Below are positions 28,893 to 32,000 of a stretch of DNA of 32,000 nt, piece after piece. Each line of letters begins with the position of its first letter. The stretch's first letter is position 1. This DNA is from Alkanindiges sp. WGS2144 (GTDB lineage Bacteria > Pseudomonadota > Gammaproteobacteria > Pseudomonadales > Moraxellaceae). Location of the stretch: NCBI RefSeq assembly GCF_043950625.1, contig NZ_CP171007.1; one strand, given 5' to 3'. The notes beneath the pieces were generated by a model that saw only the letters and a program-made list of their open reading frames with translations, had not been told where the DNA came from and made no database searches. Position numbers and translations under genes: made by a program.

Positions 28893-29960
28893 TTATTTGC
28901 TGGGCGGCTTTTTCCCGTTCCTGCTTTCATCAATATGCACTGTGACGGTACGCCCTGCTACCAACATGTTACTATCAGGGACGTCATCCAGGGTTACACG
29001 TACAGGCACACGCTGGGCCAGCCGTACCCAGTTAAATGTCGGGTTAATATTGGCCAGCATACTACTGCTTGAGGTGCGTTCGCGATCTTCAATGCCTGCT
29101 GCAATCCCTTGCACATGGCCTTTAATTTGTCGTGAATCACCAATCAACTGAACGGTCACTGCATCCCCTATCCGAATCCGTGACAACTTGGTTTCTTCAA
29201 AATAACCCACCACATAAAATTGCTTAGGGTCTAGTAAAGCAGCTATAGCTTGCCCTGCGCTGACGTAATTGCCTGCTTTTAAATCAAAGTTGGCCAGTCG
29301 GCCATTATCTGGTGCTTTGACCTGAGTGCGCGCTAAATTCAATTGTGCCAAGTCCAGCGCAGCCTGTGCACTGGCCACTTCAGCCAGCAAACCCTGCCTG
29401 CCCGTTGCCACGGCACTAAGATTTTGTTTTTCGACTTCAATATTGGCCTGAGCCTTAGCCAGATTGGCTTGTGCTTCCAGTTTTACGGCGCGGTAGCGAT
29501 CCTGCTCCTGCTTGGAAACGGCATTGTCATTTTGCAGTTGCTCAATCCGTGCCAGATCACGTCGGGCTTTTTCAGCTTCTGCCTGTGCCGCCTGTACGCT
29601 GGCTTGTGCCTGATTAATAGTGGCCTCTGCACTTAGGCGCTGCTGCCGGGAATTGGCTAGATTAGCCTGTGCGCGAGCCAGGTTGGCTTTGGCCTGCTCA
29701 ACCGCAATTTCAAACCGTGCTGGGTCTATGCTAAACAGTATTTGCCCCTGTTTTACCGGCTGGTTGTCCTGCACCAGTACTTCCTTAACCAGTCCCGATA
29801 CATCAGCAGAAATACGCATCACGTCACCCCGAATGCGACCATCCCGCGTCCATGGAGCCTGCGTATAGTAACGCCACAAAGATAGCGCTGCGAGCACCGC
29901 AGCTATACCAATCACGGCAAATAGTGCCATACGCACCAGCTGTTGAGATTTGATCTTCAT
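28893..29960 (-). CDS. HlyD-family membrane fusion / efflux adaptor protein (AaeA-like)
   Basis: 355 aa with an N-terminal TM anchor, lipoyl-like segments (GDVMRISADVSGLV, VKAPDNGRLANF), an Ala/Gln-rich coiled-coil hairpin and a beta-barrel C-terminus. Confidence 0.85.
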   Translation of the reverse strand: MKIKSQQLVRMALFAVIGIAAVLAALSLWRYYTQAPWTRDGRIRGDVMRISADVSGLVKEVLVQDNQPVKQGQILFSIDPARFEIAVEQAKANLARAQANLANSRQQRLSAEATINQAQASVQAAQAEAEKARRDLARIEQLQNDNAVSKQEQDRYRAVKLEAQANLAKAQANIEVEKQNLSAVATGRQGLLAEVASAQAALDLAQLNLARTQVKAPDNGRLANFDLKAGNYVSAGQAIAALLDPKQFYVVGYFEETKLSRIRIGDAVTVQLIGDSRQIKGHVQGIAAGIEDRERTSSSSMLANINPTFNWVRLAQRVPVRVTLDDVPDSNMLVAGRTVTVHIDESRNGKKPPSK

Positions 29961-29993
29961 AATACGCCTTCAATTTCTATTCATGCGGATGTC

Positions 29994-30200
29994 CTAAAAC
30001 AGCAGGCGACAAACCCATACCATCATTCCTAATACAATAATGTATAGGCATAAATGAAATACCGTAGGTAACAATATCCAGCGATCCAGTTGCCATTTAT
30101 CCATTGCCTTTAAAACATAGCTATAGATGACATAAGCCAGCAGTGCCTGAATAAGAATTACCGGAATATAAATACCGTAAAAATCAAGCTCGCCAGCCAT
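29994..30200 (-). CDS. DUF1656 small membrane protein (AaeX-like)
   Basis: 68 aa with two TM helices and a GGAGA Shine-Dalgarno. The start lies inside the last 6 codons of the upstream FUSC gene. Position between the FUSC and HlyD genes fits. Confidence 0.75.
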   Translation of the reverse strand: MAGELDFYGIYIPVILIQALLAYVIYSYVLKAMDKWQLDRWILLPTVFHLCLYIIVLGMMVWVCRLLF

Positions 30201-32000
30201 ATGTTTCTCCTAAGGCCGGTATCACTTCATTTGGTACTTTATAATGCCCAGCCTGTTGAAATAAGCCGCGGCGTACCCCAGTAAGTGCTACCAGTAACTG
30301 ATCGCGCTGCATACTGCCAGGTTGTAGCAATACAGTGCCAAGCAATTGGTCAATCTGCTGTAATATGGCGGCGGTATTAAAAATCTGCCCCGTCAGGCGG
30401 GCTTCGTACCAGCTCCATAGCTGTTGCAGCAATTGCTCAATCGACTGTGCCAGAGGTTCATCCAGCTGGTTAAGCAACCGCTTAAGCCGGATAATATTGG
30501 TTGCCCCAGCCAGCTCAACAATAGATTGACTGATATCGGCCTGCACCGTAGGTGCCCGCAGTACACGCGGTGCCATTAGGCCAATCCGATCCAGTAGGCG
30601 GCGCATATAATAAGCCCAGGGATGAATCACCGGTTTTTCAATAATTTGCTGTACGTCGCGCCACTGGGACTCTACCAGCCGCTTAACACTCAGCTCCGGT
30701 GTGGTGCTGCGAATCAGCGCCAGGGTAAAGCTGGGAATTAAAATACCGATAATAATGGCAAGGCTATTATCTACATAAGCACCGAACACAGGTTCATTCA
30801 GATTACGAATATTCAGCCCCATGGCCGTATTAATCAGCAATGGCAATGCAAATCCCATCAAGACCGGATGCGATAGCATCGTGGTAAACAGCACAAAAAA
30901 TGGCAATAGCACCAGCATCATGGTGACAAAATCATGCACTACCGGAAAAATGGCAAATTGGTATACAAATACCACCAGTGCTGAATAAATACTGGCCAGG
31001 CGAAAAGAAGCCAGCGCAGGAAGCGGATTATCCAAAAAGGTAAGAATACACGCGCCGACTGCGGTAATTTGCGCAGCCATAAAGCCATATTGCCAACCGC
31101 TCATATGCCACAAAAAACATACTATTCCGATCGCCAGAAAAGCCGATATTGCACCGCGCAGCGCCACGCCATGATCACGATGCAAATGTTGTCCAGCAAC
31201 AACTTTCTGGTTGATAAAATCTGGTAATTTTTTGCCCTGCCGGATAGCACGCCAGATCAGGCCTAACGTCAGAAAGTGCCGCAAGAAGAAAAAAACGGCC
31301 TCACGCATACTGATAATAAGCAGCTGTTCACGAGTATCGGCAATTTCTAGCATGTGTTCAAACTGCTGCAAAATACCTGATGGGATATACTCAATATCAC
31401 CTTGCGTGACTGGCTGGCTTTGCTGCATAAATTGCTCAGTCTGTTGTTGCAATTGCAGGAGCGGCTGGTCAAACTTGTCAGAAAACTGGCGCAGGTCATG
31501 CACCCGGTCAGCCAGCACTGTCAGCACTGGCGCAATCAATACCATCTGATGCTGTAGCTCCTGTACCGCCCGGGTTTGGCCCCTAAGCGCAGATCGCTCA
31601 TATGACAAATGCACCGCCAGAGTATATATTTCGGTACTGTCACTGGCAAAACGCTGCACTTCTTTTACGATGGCTTCCGGTGAACGATCCCCTTTTAGGC
31701 ACTGGCCAAAGCTGGCTTCTACATCACTAAACCAACGGTCAATACGCCCCAGCAATACCGTACCCAGACTCATGGGATAAATGGTTCGGGATATAATAGT
31801 GGCACATAAAATGCCCAGGGTTATTTCTTCAAAGCGCGATAAGGCAATATCAAACAGATGGGTTGGGTCAGGTACAGCGCTAAAACCAACCAGTGCCAGC
31901 GAATAACCCGCCAGCATGAAGAAATAACTGCGCGGTGTACGATCCAGTAAAGAGATATACAGACATACACTTACCCAGGCAGCAATAAGCAAGCTAAATG
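30184..32000 (-). CDS. FUSC family (fusaric-acid-resistance / AaeB-like) efflux permease; N-terminus lies outside the window
   Basis: More than 602 aa. The frame stays open to the window edge, and the track start at 31992 is only a TTG. The layout is a TM cluster, a long cytoplasmic helical domain, a second TM cluster and a C-terminal helical domain, which is typical of AaeB-like proteins. Confidence 0.8.
   Translation of the reverse strand, partial: FSLLIAAWVSVCLYISLLDRTPRSYFFMLAGYSLALVGFSAVPDPTHLFDIALSRFEEITLGILCATIISRTIYPMSLGTVLLGRIDRWFSDVEASFGQCLKGDRSPEAIVKEVQRFASDSTEIYTLAVHLSYERSALRGQTRAVQELQHQMVLIAPVLTVLADRVHDLRQFSDKFDQPLLQLQQQTEQFMQQSQPVTQGDIEYIPSGILQQFEHMLEIADTREQLLIISMREAVFFFLRHFLTLGLIWRAIRQGKKLPDFINQKVVAGQHLHRDHGVALRGAISAFLAIGIVCFLWHMSGWQYGFMAAQITAVGACILTFLDNPLPALASFRLASIYSALVVFVYQFAIFPVVHDFVTMMLVLLPFFVLFTTMLSHPVLMGFALPLLINTAMGLNIRNLNEPVFGAYVDNSLAIIIGILIPSFTLALIRSTTPELSVKRLVESQWRDVQQIIEKPVIHPWAYYMRRLLDRIGLMAPRVLRAPTVQADISQSIVELAGATNIIRLKRLLNQLDEPLAQSIEQLLQQLWSWYEARLTGQIFNTAAILQQIDQLLGTVLLQPGSMQRDQLLVALTGVRRGLFQQAGHYKVPNEVIPALGETYGWRA

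Overview
This window is mostly conserved core chromosome from a gammaproteobacterium. Gene order and several protein sequences look Moraxellaceae/Acinetobacter-like, but that is my recollection, not a search. Core content, left to right:
- infB (partial), nusA, rimP, initiator tRNA-fMet, tRNA-Leu(GAG), secG and tpiA, all on the minus strand.
- A DUF4124 and a DUF1653 protein, then the type IV pilus assembly genes pilB-pilC-pilD followed by coaE.
- An EamA transporter overlapping rlmB, then ppnP, recN, yqgE and ruvX.
- A fused ABC exporter, pgsA, a thioesterase, uvrC and an lpxO-like hydroxylase.
- The fadB-fadA beta-oxidation operon.
- At the right edge, a DsbA-like oxidoreductase and a FUSC/DUF1656/HlyD (AaeXAB-like) efflux operon that runs off the window.

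The only clearly accessory stretch is an AT-rich islet of about 2 kb at 26.09-28.09 kb, between the fadA terminator and the DsbA-like gene. It holds two modules:
- (a) An unassignable cassette. It has a near-consensus promoter, a structured 5' UTR of about 140 nt, and a 166-aa orphan protein (helical N-terminus, winged-helix-like C-terminus, acidic tail). After that come a hairpin that reads better as a minus-strand terminator and a 36-aa very basic Cys/His micro-ORF with an ideal Shine-Dalgarno.
- (b) A convergent enteric-type vapBC (PIN/AbrB) toxin-antitoxin pair that shares a bidirectional terminator with the micro-ORF.

The cassette in (a) is my best candidate for something undescribed, but every functional idea about it is inference. 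I found no CRISPR array, integrase, transposase, rRNA or long repeat family.
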